Source: Klebsormidium nitens (Eukaryota > Plantae > Klebsormidiophyceae). From it: a stretch of DNA of 64,000 nt. Both the position numbers and the translations under genes were made by a program. The stretch lies in the NCBI GenBank assembly GCA_000708835.1, contig DF237339.1, forward strand, positions 1-64,000. Direction: 5' to 3'. Below are positions 62,043 through 64,000 of this stretch, piece by piece (the first letter of the stretch is position 1; each line of letters opens with the position of its first letter). The notes below the pieces were generated by a model, which saw only the letters and a list, made by a program, of their open reading frames with translations, was not told the origin of the DNA and made no database searches.

Positions 62043-62799
62043 CACAAGCTACCTATGGTGGGTACCGGCCGAGTCGATTCCGACTCCGGCCGCCACAAAA
62101 TCGATTTAGCGCGTATCGAATATCGTCAGTGTTACCGGCGGTTCGCGTCACGGCTACTCAGGTTTATGTTACTCGGGCGGTACAAATACTCAGAGAATTT
62201 TGCCGGGCCGTAAGTAAGTGTGAGGAGATTCTTAAACAGTGTCAGGTTTTACACTTTGAGAAGGCATCAAATTGGCACGCAAAGAAGAGCCATATGCAGG
62301 CTTATAAAAACCTCTGACAAGCAGAAAAAAATGTTGGGAGAGCGTCATGAAGGCTCCTTCGAAGCTCCAACATCTTGTTATGTTGAGGACAAATCGGAAG
62401 AAGCACCATCGTGGCTGCAAATGGCCGCCATTGCTTGCTTCTAAAAAGCGCCATTCCCTACACTCCCGTTTCCATCTTCTGCACTCTCCTTTCAAGTTAG
62501 GTACCGCGGTACTCTAGGGTGGTTCGAGTCGGAACTTCCGATCGAAACCATGATTTTCAAATTTCACGTACGGTCAGACTTGATCGGTACCGTACCGCCG
62601 GAAACTCCGGAAATTTCTGACGACCGGATTGTCAGACAGATTCTAATTTATGAACTCGGACCGGATTCTCAAGTACCGGTCTGCACGGTCGTCAGTACCG
62701 CGTACAGTAATTGTCGCGACTCGACACACCGGTGATTCAAATTTGTGACCGGATCGTCGCGCGATCGAGACCGCCGATACCCACCATAGGTTGCTTGTG
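62043..62799. mobile_element. Non-autonomous CAC-terminal DNA transposon (CACTA/CMC-like MITE), 757 bp
   Basis: 27-bp TIRs cacaagctacctatggtgggtaccggc (62043-62069) and gccgatacccaccataggttgcttgtg (62773-62799), 2 mismatches. GT flanks both ends (possible 2-bp TSD). GTACCG/CGGTAC subterminal motifs. Confidence 0.75.
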
Positions 62800-63196
62800 G
62801 TCGGATGATCGGAATATTACTGCAATGCATGTCATGCATGGGCCCCGCGGCGCACTAAGTTGACAGACTAGCTTGCACATGCGCGCTTATATAACATATT
62901 GCTTAAGATCCATGGCATGCGCAGCTAAATCGAGTCACGTGCATGTGGTGATCATCTCTTTGTGTGTAAAACGGAGCCGCAAGCATGCGTGGCTTTCACT
63001 TTCATTACAAAAACCATCCTGCTTCGAACATCGTAGCGGTCTGCAGAAGCTAGCAGCTTTAGAAGAGAGACTACTGTGCAAGGGTCAATTGGTAAACCTG
63101 AGTAGCAGACTTCAACATGTCAGCAAGCTTTGACGCAGTGGCCATGTCACCTCGTAAGTTTAAGATACCTATATTGCCAATCATACGTTTCTAGAG

Positions 63197-64000
63197 TCAA
63201 CGATAAATATCATCCGACGAACCGATGGGCTCACTCCGCTCCGGGCTTTCTTTCAACCGGTCCATGATTCGCGCCTGCAACTTCTGTATCTCGGCGTGCA
63301 AATCCTTTGCGCTGTCGTCACTGTCCGAATGACTTCCAGAACCCCTTCTCTCCCCTCCCAATCCCGCTTCTAACCCGACCTCGGAAGCAGGCCCCTTGAA
63401 AAACTGCGCAATACCATCTTTCGACCTTCCTTCAGCTTCTTGACTTCTCCTCAGAATTGGCTGCGTGAAAGTTCGTTTGGGGGAGATTTCCCTCCGGGCT
63501 GCTTGCGGCGTCCACTGTGCAAAGCCGGCATGCTGTGCACCGGACGCCAGCGCCTGGCGAGTCCGCGGTTCCGGCGACCGGGAAGCGCCGTTTTCCTGCC
63601 TCGCAGTCGCCCAATTCCTGTGAACTGGACTGGTGTCCGGCTCTCCGTCTGACAGCGCACTTCGGACGCGGAGCTCGGGAGACGTGGCGCGCTGCTCTGT
63701 CGGCTGGCCGGTGTGAATGGGCCGCTGGGACGAAAGCCCCCGGTCCCGGGAGGGATCCCTCTCTGGAGACGCTCTCCTCACAAACGCGGGAGATCTATAT
63801 GCACCGGCTTGCGCACTGACCGCCGGCACCTGACGCTTCTCTGGAGTGGGAGACGCAACCCCACCCGCCGCGCCCGGTTGCCTTGGCCCCGAGGCAATCG
63901 GATACGACGCATGAACAGTTCTCTTCTCGGGGGTGACAAACGGCGGCCCGGAACTCTGTACCGGGCCCCGCTCAGGGGAATGATTCGGGGACCGTGCTCT
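63197..64000 (-). CDS. Last exon (partial) of an unknown S/P/R-rich protein ending in a short coiled coil
   Basis: Frame is open from the window edge to the stop at 63197 (over 260 codons), ending DLHAEIQKLQARIMDRLKESPERSEPIGSSDDIYR*. GC-rich, coding-like composition. Confidence 0.65.
   Translation of the reverse strand, partial: RARSPNHSPERGPVQSSGPPFVTPEKRTVHASYPIASGPRQPGAAGGVASPTPEKRQVPAVSAQAGAYRSPAFVRRASPERDPSRDRGLSSQRPIHTGQPTEQRATSPELRVRSALSDGEPDTSPVHRNWATARQENGASRSPEPRTRQALASGAQHAGFAQWTPQAARREISPKRTFTQPILRRSQEAEGRSKDGIAQFFKGPASEVGLEAGLGGERRGSGSHSDSDDSAKDLHAEIQKLQARIMDRLKESPERSEPIGSSDDIYR

Overview
Eukaryotic, intron-rich, gene-dense nuclear DNA (GT-AG introns). A plastid-targeted phosphoribulokinase together with a centriolar CCDC191 orthologue points to a flagellate-stage green or streptophyte alga; Klebsormidium-like is my inference. 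Spliced gene models built by hand, in order: membrin (-), UBP23/USP36-type deubiquitinase (+), BLOC1S1 (-), VPS15 (+), tafazzin (-), a SelS/VIMP-like membrane protein (+), TMEM208 (-), ADA1 (+), CCDC191 (-), QNG1 queuine-salvage hydrolase (+), PRK (+), and the last exon of an unknown gene (-). Non-coding features: an intronic double-guide box C/D snoRNA, two nested MITEs (the inner one TTAA-flanked, Kolobok-like) and a CACTA/CMC-like MITE. Best leads: (1) a dysferlin (DysF) domain inserted in VPS15; (2) the intronic snoRNA, whose second guide is shifted relative to U24; (3) a SelS-like protein ending in a Ufd1-type SHP box instead of the VIM/Sec tail; (4) duplications spanning 3' splice sites in four genes, creating competing acceptors. 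Family and rRNA comparisons are from memory of reference sequences; no searches were run.
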